Shown here one piece after another: positions 1-13,228 of a DNA stretch of 64,000 nt (within the stretch, counting starts at the first letter, position 1; each line of letters opens with the position of its first letter). The position numbers and the translations under genes are program-made. This stretch comes from Thecamonas trahens ATCC 50062 (Eukaryota; Protista; Apusomonadida), in assembly GCF_000142905.1 (NCBI RefSeq), contig NW_013657639.1:57246-121245 (forward strand), given 5' to 3'. The notes under the pieces are model-generated. The model saw nothing but the letters and a program-made list of their open reading frames with translations. It searched no databases and was not told the DNA's origin.

Positions 1-496
1 GCTCACTCCGGCGCCGGCCCCGCTCTCGGCCGCCTCGTCAAGCTCATCGGCCGCCTCGGCCACGGGCTCCGGCCCGCTCAGCGACGCCGAGCGACGCCGC
101 CGCAACGCCGACCGCGTCTCGGTCCACGCCCCGCCACCGCTCGCCACCGCCGTCTCCGCCATTCCAATCAACTACGCCGCCACAGGCACCAGCCCGGCGT
201 CGCCTCCCTCATCCGCCCTGGGCATCGATGCCCAGGTCGGACCCGGCGGTGTCATCGGACCCGGCGGTGTCGCCTCCTCGCCACCGCCCGCCACACATGC
301 TCCCACAACTGCCCACGCCCCCGACGCCGCTGCGTCTTCCTCTGCCGCTGGCCCGCCGCGCCCAGCCGAGCGGACCCGCCCGCTCATGATGCCGGCCACC
401 ATCACCTCGATCTCATCGATGAGCGGCGTCCTCGACATCCACGCCGCCTTTGAAGACCTAGGCGTCGACGACCTCGACGAGCTCCTTCAACTTTAG
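1..496 (+). CDS. 3' end of a gene of unknown function (partial, starts before window)
   Basis: Frame 2 is open from the window start to TAG at 494-496: LTPAPAPLSAASSS...VLDIHAAFEDLGVDDLDELLQL*, with C/G-ending codons typical of this window. Confidence 0.65.
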   Translation, partial: LTPAPAPLSAASSSSSAASATGSGPLSDAERRRRNADRVSVHAPPPLATAVSAIPINYAATGTSPASPPSSALGIDAQVGPGGVIGPGGVASSPPPATHAPTTAHAPDAAASSSAAGPPRPAERTRPLMMPATITSISSMSGVLDIHAAFEDLGVDDLDELLQL

Positions 497-541
497 TCGC
501 TCGCCGCAGGTAACGCTGCCTGGCTGTGATAAGCTCCACAG

Positions 542-3123
542 CTATGCCATCTGCCGGAGAAACGAGAGCACGTGAGACCAGTCCTCCGACGCCACGAGCC
601 AGCCCGTCGCGCCCTCACGGCGGCGGAGATGGACTTTGCCGGAGAGGTACTCGTCGCCGATCTTTGTCCGCTTATCGTTAAACGTGAGTGTGGCAAGAAC
701 GTCGGAGGAGACGTACTGCGAGACCGGAGGAGTGATGAGGTCGGCGAGCGAGGGCACGCCGCGCTCGCGGGCGACCGTAAACGGATACCCGCCGATGTAC
801 GAAGTGCCCTCGGTCTCCTTGTACGCGCAAAAGGTGGCGAGGTCCGACGCCTCGTACGCCCGACGCCAGATGAGCCAGCACGAGAACGGATCGGCCGGAA
901 ACTCTGGCACCGTCACTGATGCCCGCAACGTCGAAACCCACTTGCCGTGGTCGAGTGCGTTAGACGCGAAAAAGTAGTACGTTCGCTCGGGTGTGACAAT
1001 GTTGAACCCGAGGTCGTCGTCGCCGTCGGCGAGGTCGACCGCCATGATGTGCGAGACAGAGATCTTGCCGCGTGCCGGGTTTCCCTTTCGCGTTGCGTAT
1101 GAGAGCTGCGACTCGGTGAGCGTGCACCACCTCGAGTTGAGCGACGAGCCCTCGCCCTCGCCGCGCTTACGGAGCGGGCCCTCCAGTAGCACCTCGGGGT
1201 TGGCAGCTGCAGCCGCCGCGTCGTCGCCCGAAAGCATTGCGTTGAGCGCCGCCACCCACTGGGTCATGTCCTCCTCGGTCGTGCATGCCACGTAGTACGT
1301 CCGTGCCGGGCACACAATCGCAAAGCAGTGCTCGGCAACCTCGGCCGGTGCCGCCACGTACGAGACAACAGATGCGATGCGGTCGAGGTCGATGACACCC
1401 TTGACTGCCCCATCCGGTGCCTTGGAGTACAACAGACACTTGTGTGTAAGCACAAACCACCGCCGCTGCCAGCCCTTGCCGCGCGACGAAATCGGGCCAG
1501 TTCCAGCCCGCTTGGTCAGATAGCCCTGAGTTACGATCGTGTGCGCCGGGGCCAGTGAGCCGACGCCTGGCACGCTTCGCACTTTGGCCTCAACCCGGAG
1601 TTCGGCGGTCCAAGTCAGGTCGTCAAACGCACCGCCGACAACCACTGGCTGCGTCTCGCTGCTCGCCGCCTCGTCTCCGTCCGCTCCCGACTCGTTGCCC
1701 GCCGCGCCGCGCAATGCGCTCCAGTACTCGTCGACGCTTGCAATCGCCGAGTACGAGCATGTTGACAGCCGCCCGGCCCGGCACGTCTCCGCCACTGCCA
1801 GCGGCGAGAGACGAACCTCGGGCGCAGTGTACGGAAGGCCCATGCCGGTACCCTGGTTGTGGAGCCCAACCGAGAGCGCCGAGAGCACCGCGGCGCGTTC
1901 CAGTGACATTGAGCTCGAGCGCGACGTCCGTTTCGAGTGGACGCCTGACGGCGACATCTCGCCGCCGAGCACCGAGAGGCTCCCGGCGCCCGGTGTCGGT
2001 GCGCCAGGTACAGGCCCAGTGTGCGCCGGCGCAAACTTGATCGACACGTCTGGCTTGGGCCGCAGGTAGAGCGTCTTGCCGTCAAACAGCGATGTCGCAG
2101 CAAGGTTGTACGCCGAGTGCTCAATCGGGACCAGGTGGTCATCAAGGAGCGTGTAGTGGATGAGCAGGCTCGAGTCGAGGCCGAGGCAGGCAAAGATAGC
2201 ATGCTTGATCGAGGTCATGGGCGTGTCGAGCGCCACCGAGAGCAGCGCCGCCATCGGCTGGCACGCGTAGTTGACCACTACCCGGAGCAGCATGCGCGAG
2301 CTAGAGAGTAGCGCGTGCTGCGACCGCGCCAGCACTGTGCTCTGAATGTCCTCGATCCACTCGTTGCGCTCCATCTCCGAGCCGGCAAAGGCCTCAAAGG
2401 TACGCGTTGGCGTCACAATCTCCAGCGCATGCGACTTGGAGCACGTGTCCGGGTTGGCCATCCCCACAGACTTGATGTTGGCGACCTGAATTGTGCCCTT
2501 GACTGGCTTGTCCGGCTTGGCCGCGTACGTCAGCTTCCAGTTGGTGAGCACAAACCATCGCTTGGCCCAGTTACTCGACCCGCCGCCCTTTTTGGTGAGG
2601 AACCCGGCCCGCAGCTGGGTCTCCGGCAGGATGTTGATCGTCGCTCCACTGGCTCGCCCGCTCTCGGTCAGCGACCGCGCTGCGCCGCGCCCGCCGCCGC
2701 TGGCCTCGCCGCCGTCGCCGCCGTCAAGCACGCCCGAGGCAGACGTCGGCGTAAAGTTGATGACCGACCGCAGCGAGTTCATCCACACCTCTTTGTACGC
2801 CTCGGACGAGCACGACATGTAGTACCGCCGGTGCGAGGTGACGAGGCAAAAGCAGTTCTTGCGCTTCTTGATCTCGGCTGGATCGTGCTCGTCGTGGACC
2901 GCAATCATGTCGTTGGCGTCGATGGTGCCCTTGAGCGGCTTGTTGCGGTTCGCCGCATACGTCAGCTTTTTGGTGGTGAGCACAAAAAATCGCTTCTGCC
3001 ACTTGCGCCGGCTCCCGCCGCGCTTGGTCATGAAGCCCTCTTCCACAAGCTCTTCCTCCTGCGCGTCGCGAGCCCGCCGGCGCTCCTCGAGCGTCATCGG
3101 CTTGCGGTAGACCGAGCCCGACG

Positions 3124-3154
<31 letters not shown>

Positions 3155-4021
3155 CGCGCCGGCCCGGCCGCCAACCGTCCCGGCGCTTCCGCCCGACTCG
3201 TCGATGCCGCCTCCAGAGCCGCCGAAGCCGCCGCCTGAACCGCCGGCTCCTCCCTCGCCGCCGCCAGACGACTTTGACAAGTCAAGCTCGTCCGACGCCG
3301 TCATATCGCCAGACTCACGGACTGGCGTGGCTAGAAAAGCCGAGTTGCGCAGCGACGACGACAGTGTCTTGTGCTGCTTGATGACTCTTGCTGTGGCCGA
3401 GCCCGGTAAGGCGGTGGCCGACGGCGCTGCCGCCATGCCAACGTCGTCGTCCGATCCCGACAGCTGCGCCGTGTATGCCACCAGAGTTTTGAGCACATAC
3501 ACCGTGGTGAGCACGGCCTTGAGATTGTTCTCCTCCAGATCGTCGAGGGTAAAGGCCTCGGCCTCGGCCACACCGATGAGCGTCACACCCTCTGCAAACC
3601 GCGCCATATTCCGCAACAGCTCTGGCGAACGAACCAGTCGCGAGCTCGAGCTCCCATCCACCGCGCCACTGGATGACAATGACGTTGCACCAGTAGAGGC
3701 CTCTGTCCGAGGCATGGCCGTCGCTGCTCCACTTGCTGTTGCCATGGCAGCGGGCAGCGAGGAAGAGTTGTCATCATCGTCCGACTCGTCCGAGTCCGAG
3801 TCTGAGCAGCATACGGACGGATCCAAGGCATTGAGGAGAGTACATGCCCAGAGACCATGCGAATGGAGAAAGAGTGAGACCAGAGGTGCCCTGTCTGCCC
3901 AGAGCTCCATAAGCTCGTCAGCGGTGGGAATGGGGTACTTTGAGAGGACACTCCGGACCCAGGTCTCGAGGACAGACGGACTCGCCCCCTCGGGGAGCAC
4001 CCCGTTGGTCAGTGACGACAT
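542..4021 (-). CDS. CH domain + four PH domains + ubiquitin-like segment + C-terminal NTF2/SnoaL-like segment
   Basis: 1159-aa ORF. Calponin-type CH (GLWACTLLNALDP...NMARFAEG...FTLDDL...VLTTVYVL, with an acidic insert). Four PH repeats (EGFMTKRGG..WQKRFFVL; AGFLTKKGG..WAKRWFVL; QGYLTKRAG..WQRRWFVL; EGPLRKRG..NSRWCTL), each ending in a Trp-containing helix. Confidence 0.85.
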
Positions 4022-4198
4022 GTCGTCAGGGAGAGGAGGAGGGGAGGGGGAGGAGGGGGGGGGAGGGGGGGAGGAGGGGGGGTCTCGTTAGAGAGGTGGT
4101 CCTGTTGACGGTGGGGGGGAGGGAGGGGGGGACGGTGGTGGTCGCCGCTATTCGTTGGAGTGGCGGTGCAGTTGGTTGGTTGGCCGGGGCTTTTCGCT

Positions 4199-4395
4199 TG
4201 GCCTGATGGCCTGATGGCCTGATGGCCTGATGGCTTGATGGCTTGATGGCTTGATGGCTTGATGGCTTGATGACCTTTACCCTGATGGTTCTTGCCCTGA
4301 CGGCCTTTGCCCTGATGGTTCTTGCCCTGACGGCCTTTGCCCTGACGGCCTTTGCCCTGACGGCATTTGCCCTGATGGCCTTTGGCCTGACCTGA
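4199..4395. repeat. Compound tandem repeat: 8-mer GC(C/T)TGATG followed by 15-mer CTTTGCCCTGA(C/T)GGC
   Basis: Directly visible in sequence, upstream of the PH gene start. Confidence 0.9.
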
Positions 4396-4625
4396 CGGCT
4401 TGGTCTGAACACGGTTTACGACTGGGCATGGGATGGGGATGCTGGAAGAGGGATCAGGGTGCAGAGATGGGGATCAGGTACTACGATGCGAGTCCATGTT
4501 TCCCCGGAGGCCTTGGACAGGTCACGTACGTGTGCAATGATCGATCGGTGGGTCCACCTGGGACATCGCCCACAGGCAATGCCCCATCGTCCTGCCGTTC
4601 GGGCCATTGCAGTTCAGCTTGGCTC

Positions 4626-4904
4626 TCACTCGCGGCCGGCATCAGCAGCAGCGCGAGCCTCGATCTCGGCCTCCTTGGCGGCGCGAGCCGAGCCCAGCAG
4701 TGAGTCGAGCAAGACTCTGTTTGTCTCATGGCGAGCACGGATGCCCGCCACATCGACGTCCCTTCCGCCGCTCTGCATCTCCTTTAGCACCTCGTTGGTC
4801 GTCGGCGACGTGGCCGACATGATGACCCACCCGGCGCCAGTCATGAAGCCCACCGCAGCCACAAGACTCGCGGCAATCCGTCCTGTACTCGGCGCCCCAC
4901 TCAT
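4626..4904 (-). CDS. Small single-TM protein, CBP4/UQCC3-like (complex III assembly factor candidate)
   Basis: 92 aa. Hydrophobic helix (SLVAAVGFMTGAGWVIM) followed by ATSPTTNEVLKEM, resembling the TPT.E.L motif of Cbp4, then a charged helix. Confidence 0.45.
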   Translation of the reverse strand: MSGAPSTGRIAASLVAAVGFMTGAGWVIMSATSPTTNEVLKEMQSGGRDVDVAGIRARHETNRVLLDSLLGSARAAKEAEIEARAAADAGRE

Positions 4905-5350
4905 ACCTCGAGCTGTACCACCAACAGAGTCAAGTAGCGCACAACCCTCCTCACCGTCTCCACTCCACCTGGTTCAATCCCTGCTTGACATCCTCCTCCT
5001 CGCACCCATCACCTCCCACTCCTCAGCCGGATCGACTCAATGCCACACGCCGCGTCATTCCCTCCCCGCCCGCCACCACGGCCACTACCTACAAGACAAG
5101 CACACCATCACACACAAGGAAACACATCATCACACACCAAAACACACCACCACCATCCCCGATCTGTCCCCATTTGCCCCATTCTGCCCCGATCACGTCC
5201 CTCATCACCCCCCCCCCCCCCTCCCGGCAATTCCTACCATTTCCGTCGTCTCGGTTCCCCCCCGCCAACGAACATCGACCACGACATTGACACCACCTCA
5301 CACCCAAACGCACCCCCCCCCTCCCCCCCCCCACCACACACACGCTCAAT

Positions 5351-8300
5351 ATGCCATCCTTCCTTCTTGTTGCTGGTATCATGGCCATGATGTTCCTTCT
5401 CACCTCGGCACAGATTTCTCCGTCTCAATACCTATTCAAGGCCGCGGGTGAGGACACCTTCTCCACCTTTGCAGACTACGCCTCGTCGCCGCTCCTCTCG
5501 CCACATCGCATTCGTGCCACAGATCCCACAGACTCGCCGCCGTCTGGCCCATATACCTCCACCATTTACCTCTCCTGCTCTCGAGTTATCTACGACTACT
5601 TTCATGTCGAAGTCCCCTTTGCTGCAGAGGGCCTCACCATCTCCATCAATCAGGAGCCCGAGTTTGCCTCCAACCCCAATATCACGCATCTGCCCTGGCG
5701 CGCCCTCTTCAGATGGGACGAGCCGGCAACATACTACGCCAACGACTTTGAGATGACAAACTCGTCTAGCTCTTGGGCTTCCGAGTCGCTCACCATCCCG
5801 GCTCCGCGTGGCGGCGTCCTCTTTGGCTTTATCACCCTCGACACAAACCCGGATCCGGCCGCAGATGACGCCTGCTCCTCTGCCTTTGTTCCCGATCTCT
5901 ACACCCACCATCCGCCATCTGACTCTTGGGCCGCAGGCCGTGTCCGCTTTGACATCGACGTCGAGATCGTCTCCTGCCACTTTGCCTCTGACCTCAACCG
6001 CTACACCCTCGACTATACCCAGCCGGCGTTCTCCGCGCGCGGCATGGGGTCGTCTGGCACTGCAACGGCGTGCGGCAACGGCTTTGTCAAGCTTGAAGAT
6101 GGCAATACTCCGGTACCCAAGTCTGCAGTCTACGCCGGTGGCTCGCCCTCCTCTAGTTTTCTCGGGACCAGTTTAACCTGTGCCTACTTTGACCTCAACG
6201 GGCCGCACGCAGCAGTCGAGATTGGCGTCTCCACCTTTGGTGGCACCATGCACTCGAACGTCTTTGTCCGCTATAACGCACTCGCCGTCCCCACCTCTGT
6301 CTACGGTGCCTTCCCGGGTGGCGGCTCACACACGTCTGGCCTGCCTTTCGATGGCTACTTTTCCGCCCTCGACCCCGGTACCGACAAGCTCGTTGTCGAG
6401 AACCCGCCCGCTGGCTTTTACACTGTCTGCATTGATCGCTCGTCACCTTTCACCTTCAACATTGATCTCACCCGCCACCCCATCACGAGCTCGTCGCCCG
6501 GCTCGGTCGGCGACGCCCCCATCTATGTTGGCTACCCCTACGATGACGGTAGCTACGAGACCAAGTATGTCATTCCCGATTTTGCCAACGGCATCCACTT
6601 TGGCGCCACACACACCCTAGACGGTGTTGAGCTTCGCGATGGGTCAGATGCCATGGACATCGCCGTCTTTGCTCTCCGTTTCCCAGGCCTCACCTCCTCG
6701 TTCACCCTCACCCTGAACGCCACGCTCCCGGTCAACGTTTACTTTCGCAAGTTGGCCCCGCCAGCTTTTGACAGCTCGTACAACCCACATGCTCTCGCCG
6801 CGCCTCTCGCCCTCGGCGTCACAGACACCTTTTTCACAACCGACAACGTCGAACGTGGTACCTACTACGTCGCTGTCGTCCCTGTCTCCCAACCGGCGCT
6901 TACCTCTTGGTCCGTCGACGTTCGCGCCACCCGCGAGTGGCACTGCCACCAGAACTGCAAGGACCACGGGTACTGCTACATCGACGGCAGCGGCGGCGAG
7001 TGCGCGTGCTGGGAAGAGCGTTCGACAGACGGTTCGGTGACCATTGGCGCCTACAGTGGCGACTACTGCGAGCAACCTCGTTGCGACCACGGCTCGTGCT
7101 CAGAGTGCATTGCAGACCCGGCCTGCTCGTGGTGCCTCTCCACCGGCGTCTGCTTGTCGGGCGCCGGCATGTCGCTCACCGGCAACGCCGTCCACGCTCT
7201 CAATTGCCCGGCCACGCCGCACTTTCCCGGCACGGCCAAGTCGCGGCTTGTCTACGCGCCGGCAACGCTATGGGGCAACGAGGTGAACGAGTATGGCTCG
7301 TGCCCAGAGCTCGCACCATTCGGCACCTACACCCAGCCCAACGGGACCGCACACCTGCTGTCCCCCGTCCGCCGCCGCCGCCACCGCCGTTCTTCCCACA
7401 TTCGACCGAGACGCCGCTCGGCAGCTACTTTGCCGCTTCCGTGTCAACTGCTCAGTGTGGCTCGCGTGTCTACCACTACGCACCGCCGTCGCAGAAAGCT
7501 GCATCCATCATTGTCGCTGATGGCATCTCCCCCGCCACCGTCATCTGCGAGTTCTGGTCGTTCGACACCACCACCCAAGAGTGGGAGGACCTCACCGCCT
7601 ATATGGGCGACGGCGTCGCCACCGGCCCAGGCTGCCGTGCTGCCGCTAGCCTCGTCTGTTTTGCCGACGACAACGAGCTTGTCCTCTTTGGAGGCGCGCT
7701 TCCCGCGGATGGCTCCATTCCTGGCGAGCGCATCCGTCACAGCTCGGACGTATGGACCTTTGACCTCGCCTCAGCCACTTGGTCGCTCACCTTTCCCAAC
7801 TGCTACGACCCACACAACACACTGGCGGCGTGGTCGACGACGCCTCATCCGTCGCCGGTTGTCCCAGCCGCATGTTCAACTCCCGGCCTGGAGCTACCTG
7901 GCACTGCACACGCGGCTATCCCGGGCGCTTGGCTTGCTGCCGTTGACGCCGTCCTTGCTTCCGACTCGGTCTTTGCCGCAAGAGGCATCCTCGTCTCGTC
8001 GACGTTCTCGCACTCGCTCCTCATCGACGGTGTCGCCTCGGTCTCTGCCTTTGACAAGGGCTCGTACTTTTTCAACCTCTCGGCCTCTCCGCCGTCCTGG
8101 TCCCGCCTGCAGTCCGCCGACGGCAGCTTCTGCGATGTTGGATACTCCGCTGCATGGGCTTACTCGGCCCCGACCGCTCGCCAGGTCTTTGCCGCAGGCA
8201 TCATCGTCTCGGCAGCGGGCTCCGAGGAAGGCATATATGGGTCCACCCGCTCCGCACCTTGCCAGCACTCCTTCTTTCGCGCTGATGACGGTAGCCTCCA

Positions 8301-11300
8301 GTTCCGGGCCGAGCGCTACGATGCTTGGCCGTCTCCGCAGCGTTTCATATGGTCTGCCATGCTCGCCCTCGACGACGGATCTCTGCTCTTTGTCCCGGGC
8401 ACCCCACTCGGCACCTCCTTTCCGGAGCCGTTTGCTCCGGGCTCGGGCCGCCCCTCACCGACGCCTGCCCCTAGCTCATTCTCTGCGACTGCGCACGGCA
8501 ACGACTTGATTCTCCTGCCAGGCTCACGCGGCCAGGTCGTCCTTCCGGCACGGCCGGTCAATCTGCAAGCTCGCATCTCCCCGATCCTTGTCCACGCACC
8601 TGGCGGCAGTGTGTACGAACTCGGCGGCACGATCCACGCGCCCAGCGAGGGTGAGTATGTTCTCGACAGCGCCACCTTTGACCAGCTCGTGTACGACCGC
8701 TCCAATCGCTGGTCGGTCGTCTCGCCCGACCTGTCGCCTGGGAATCCCGGCCCGCGCTCCCACGCCATCCTTGCCCACCTGCCGTCCTCGAACGAGCTGC
8801 TGGTTGTCGGCGGCTTGCCGACCCACGCCCGCATTCTCGACGAACACACCTTTGTCGGTGTCCCGAGTGCGACCATGGCTCCGCTCGCTATTCCGCGCTT
8901 GTTCGACCTCAACACACGCTTCTGGCGGTCGCTGCCAGCCTCGCCGCTGCCGGCCTCGCTGCCGTCGCTGCCGGTCGCCGCGGCATCGTGCGTGACCAAG
9001 ACCCATCTGTACGTCTACGGCGGCCTAGCCGTGACCGAGACCTCTGAGCACGTTTCTGACACCCTGCTCCGGCTTGATCTCGCCACGGGCACCTGGTCTG
9101 ACCTCACCACCTCGGGCACCCGCCCACCACCGCTCACACTCGCCACCGCCGTCTGCACCGACAACGGCAAACTTTTCCTCGTCGGTGGCGTCGAGTCGCG
9201 CCTCGCAATCCATGGCACCAACAGCGACATTAACTCGCTGCCGAAGCAGTTCTTTGTCTTGGACATTGCCTCGCGAGTCTGGTCGAGCCCGGCGGGCCCG
9301 GCCCACCTCTTCCCGATCCAGCCCGCCGCCCGGCTGTGGACCGCCATCGAGGCCTCCCGCATCGGCCTTAGCAACGGTGCGCCTCGCCTCGCCCTCGCCA
9401 CCGCCACCACCTCGCCGTATGATGGTACCATGCTCATCCTCACATACGACATTTTCCGTGAGGTGTGGGATACCCGCGAGCTTGTCACGGGGCTGCCGCC
9501 GTGCCAGCTGTGTGTCCTCTCGCCGGTCCGGCCCGACGCCACCTTTTCATCTCGCCCGGCCAGGTCTTTGCCAGCATCCGCTCGGCGGTGACCCAGATTC
9601 GGTTGACGGGAGGTGGGTTCTCGGTCACAAATCTCGCCGGCGGTGCTACCGGCAGCGCCAAGGGTGCCAGGTTTGTCTGGCTCGCCCCCGACGTGTCCGG
9701 GAGCGGACCGCAAGGGGCGCTCTACCGCTACGGCGGCATGCGCGACCCCTCTCCGGGCACGTCGAGTAGGGCAGCGACTCCCGGCTACGCCACCGGCGAG
9801 CTGGTCAAGTACGAGCCGCATGCAACAGCTGTACTCGCCGCCAACGTGGCCACCACAGGCGTCTTTAACGTGGCCAATTCTCTCGAGTTCCGCGCCAGCT
9901 TGCCGGGATGGGAGCTTCACGATGTGATGTGTGGCTTTGACGGTGTCTACGGTCCGCCCGCGAGCAAGATCGGCAGCGAGACGCTCACTTGCACCCTGCC
10001 AACCGGCCCGGCCTCGTCGACCGTCTCGGTCTCGTTGGCGGTCGGCGCCGCGCGGCAGTCTGTCCTCACCGACGTCAGCTACACCTTCACCGACTGTCTG
10101 CCTGGCAGCTACAAGCTCCTTGGCATGTGTGCCACTTGTGAACTCGGCCACTTCTCGGACACGTTTGGCGCTCTCGAGTGCGTGCCGTGCATCTCGGACA
10201 CGTACACCTCGGCGCCCGGTGCCACCTCGTGCGAGACCTGTCCGCCGGGCCAGGTCCTTGACTCGGCAAACTTTGATCGCAAGTGCGTTCTCTGTCCGCG
10301 CGGCAAGTTCCGCGCCGACAACGGAACGGTCAACGCCAAGATTTGCACCGAGTGCGCGGTGGACGAGTACGCGGACACCGAGGGCTCAACAGCATGCACC
10401 AAATGTCCTGCCGGCTCAATCGTCGGTACTCCTGGCGGAAATTCGCTCGCCAAGTGCACGTGTGACAACGGATACTGGGGCAACGCCACCGCCGCGCCCT
10501 GCACTGCGTGTCCTCCGGTTGGCGCTGTCTGCAAGTTTCTGGAGAACGAGCTCCCGGTCCCAACGGCCGGCTACTGGCGCGACCCACAGGATCCGACAAG
10601 AGTCCTCGCCTGTTCGCCAAGCGAGGCGTGTCCAGGGGGGCGACGAGCCCATGCGCTGCCGGATACACCGGCGACGCCTGCTCCGAATGCGCTCCGCAGT
10701 ACTACCCGCTGTCCGGCCGGTGCGAGCCGTGCCCGGACAACGCGATCATCCCGGTCATTGTTGCCTTTCTTCTCCTCTTCGTCGTCATTGTTGTCATGTA
10801 CAAGTTTGCCGGCCGCTCCAAGTCGGGTTCGCGGTCGGGCTCGTCGGGCGCTGCCTCGATCGCTCTCAATTTCATCCAGACCACCGCGCTCTTTGCGGCG
10901 TACAAGATGAACTGGCCCGACGAAATGCTCACCATCCTCAAATGGTTCTCCATCATGAACCTCAACATGGACATGGCCTCGCCCGAGTGCGCGCTTCCGA
11001 TCTCGTACAAGATCAAGTGGTTCTCCACCATGCTCATTCCGATAGCCATTGCCCTGGTCTTTGGTTCGTACGTCGTCGTCCGCACCGCTCTGTCGTGGAT
11101 CGTGGCCCAGGCAGTCGACCCCGCCCGCCTCACGGCAGCCGAGTCCGAGTCCGAGTCCGAAACCGAAGAGCAGGAGGACGACGGCGGGTCGGGGTCAACT
11201 GACGGCATCCAGGTTGCGCTCGTCGCCGAGCTTGGTGCAGACGAAGAGTCGGCCCGGCGGCCGGTCTGCGCGAGCTGCCTCGGCTGGCTGTACGTGTCCA

Positions 11301-12970
11301 AGGCGCAGCGCGGAGCGATGTACAATCAGGCCATCCATGCCTACGTCATGTTTGTCCTCGTTGCCTACGTCTTTGTTGCCCACAAGGCGCTAGAAGTCTT
11401 TGCCTGCACCAAACAGACCGACGGCACGTACTTTCTCAACGCGCACCCGTCGATGAAATGCTACGTCGGCGAGTGGTGGGACTTGCTGCCGTGGACTATT
11501 CTGGCGGCGCTCTTGTACTGCGCAGGCATTCCGCTCGTCTTTGCGGCCGTCCTCGTCAAGAGCTTCAAGCCCGCGTTCTCGTCGGCCAACGAGCGGCTTT
11601 ACGAGCTTCATGTGGCGCGGTTCGGCATTCTCACCTCGCGTTACTTGCTGCGGGCTTACATGTGGGAGCTGGTCGTCATGGGCCGCAAAATGGCGATTGT
11701 GGCTGGCACGCTCTTCTTCCAGGAGATGACTGTCCTGCAGAACCTTGTTGCACTCTTTGTTATGTTTGCTGCCGTCCTGGCGCAGTCGTTTGCGCGGCCG
11801 TACCGGAGCCCTGACGACAACAAGCTCGAGTTTATTCTCCTTTGCACCAGCTACTTTGTGCTCTTTCTGGGCATCATGTTCGCGTCGGATCTTGAGTCCA
11901 CGTCATCAACCGTCCTCACCGTGGTCGGCGTCGCCGTCCTCGTTCTTTCGGTCCTCGCCATTGTGCTGTACCTCTTGCTCCTCGCCCGCCGCTTTTACTA
12001 CATGCGCCGCTACGCCAAGGCTGCTGCCAAGCATCCGCGGCTGGTCAAGCGCGCCGAGTTTGTTCTCACCGAGCCAGCCTACTTTGAGCTCATGGACTTT
12101 GTCGACAACGTGGACGAGCCCGAGCGCGAAGCCATCACCACTGTTCTCGAAGACCTCCACGAGCGGACTGTCGACCACCGCCGCGAAGAGGAGGTGCCAA
12201 TCTTTGTCCAAGAGGTCCAGACCACCTTTGCTATTTACCGGCAGACCGCCACGCCGCACGAGCTCCAGGTCCTCGATCGGATGATCGCCCGCATCACCCG
12301 CGCCGCCAAGCTCAACCGCGAGCAGTCGCTCAAGTCGCGGGTCCTCCACCGCGCCACCACCCGTCGGCTCGATCTCCCGCCGCCGACCTCGAGCGACGTC
12401 GAGGCCGCAGGTGTCGAGCTCGCCACCGTCGCCAAGTTCGAGGCCAGCTCGTCAAGCCTCGGTTCGGCGTCGGTGGTCTCAGCCGAGTCCGCAGACGCGC
12501 AAGCCAACGCGCCGCCAGGTCCGCGCCTCGCCTCGCCGCCGCTCTTGCCGGATCTTGGCGTCCAGCCGCCGACGCCGGAGCAGGCCACCCGCGCCAGAGG
12601 TCCGCCGACCTCGCAGTCTGCAAAGACGCTGCAAGAGTCAACCAGCTCTCGGCGTAGGCTCAAGTCGTCGGGCGAGTCGAGCTTGGCCGCCATCGTCAAC
12701 ATCTCCAACACCGACGACGTTGCCTACAAGCACCAGAATCGGACCAGACTCAACTTGTCGCAGCAGAGCCTCGGCTCGGTCGCCTCGGTCGGGTCGGACA
12801 TCTCGCTCGGCTCGGTCGGCGATGGAAGCTCGAACAAGTCAGACCACCAGAACCAGCGCTCCAGCAACGGCTCAGTTGCGAGAGCCGGCTCGTTTACCAG
12901 CAAGTCCGGACCCCGTCGGAAGCGAAGCTCTCCACGGATGGGCGACGCCGCCCCGCATCCCCCACAGTAG
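5351..12970 (+). CDS. Giant cell-surface multipass protein (~2540 aa): signal peptide, beta-sandwich domains, EGF, PSI, Kelch, IPT/TIG, Cys-rich repeats, multi-TM, Ser-rich tail; three frame breaks
   Basis: Joins ORFs 5351-, 6907-, 9465- and 10508-, which hand over coding character at ~7365, ~9545 and ~10637. Motifs: CHQNCKDHGYC...CAC...YSGDYC (EGF); SCSECIADPACSWC (PSI); LVLFGG, LLVVGG, LYVYGG, LFLVGG (Kelch); IRLTGGGF...LTCTLP (IPT); CxxCxxG repeats; hydrophobic helices between ~10745 and 11990. Confidence 0.8.
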
Positions 12971-13228
12971 CGTAGCCAACCGCAGCCCCACGATGAAACA
13001 AGCCGTATGCTCGTGTTCCGCCGGCCGCATCGACTCCTCCCATCGATCACGCCGGTTCTCGGGGAAGCGCGCGCGGCGTGCGATGGCAGCCAGCCGAGTC
13101 AGCATGGCTGGGACCAGCCCAGCACAGGCGTCAGCCCTGTCCGGACCACACCTCCCCACCCACGTCCACACTCACACTCATACTTGACTCCACACACGCA
13201 TACACACACCACCACAGACACGCCAGGC

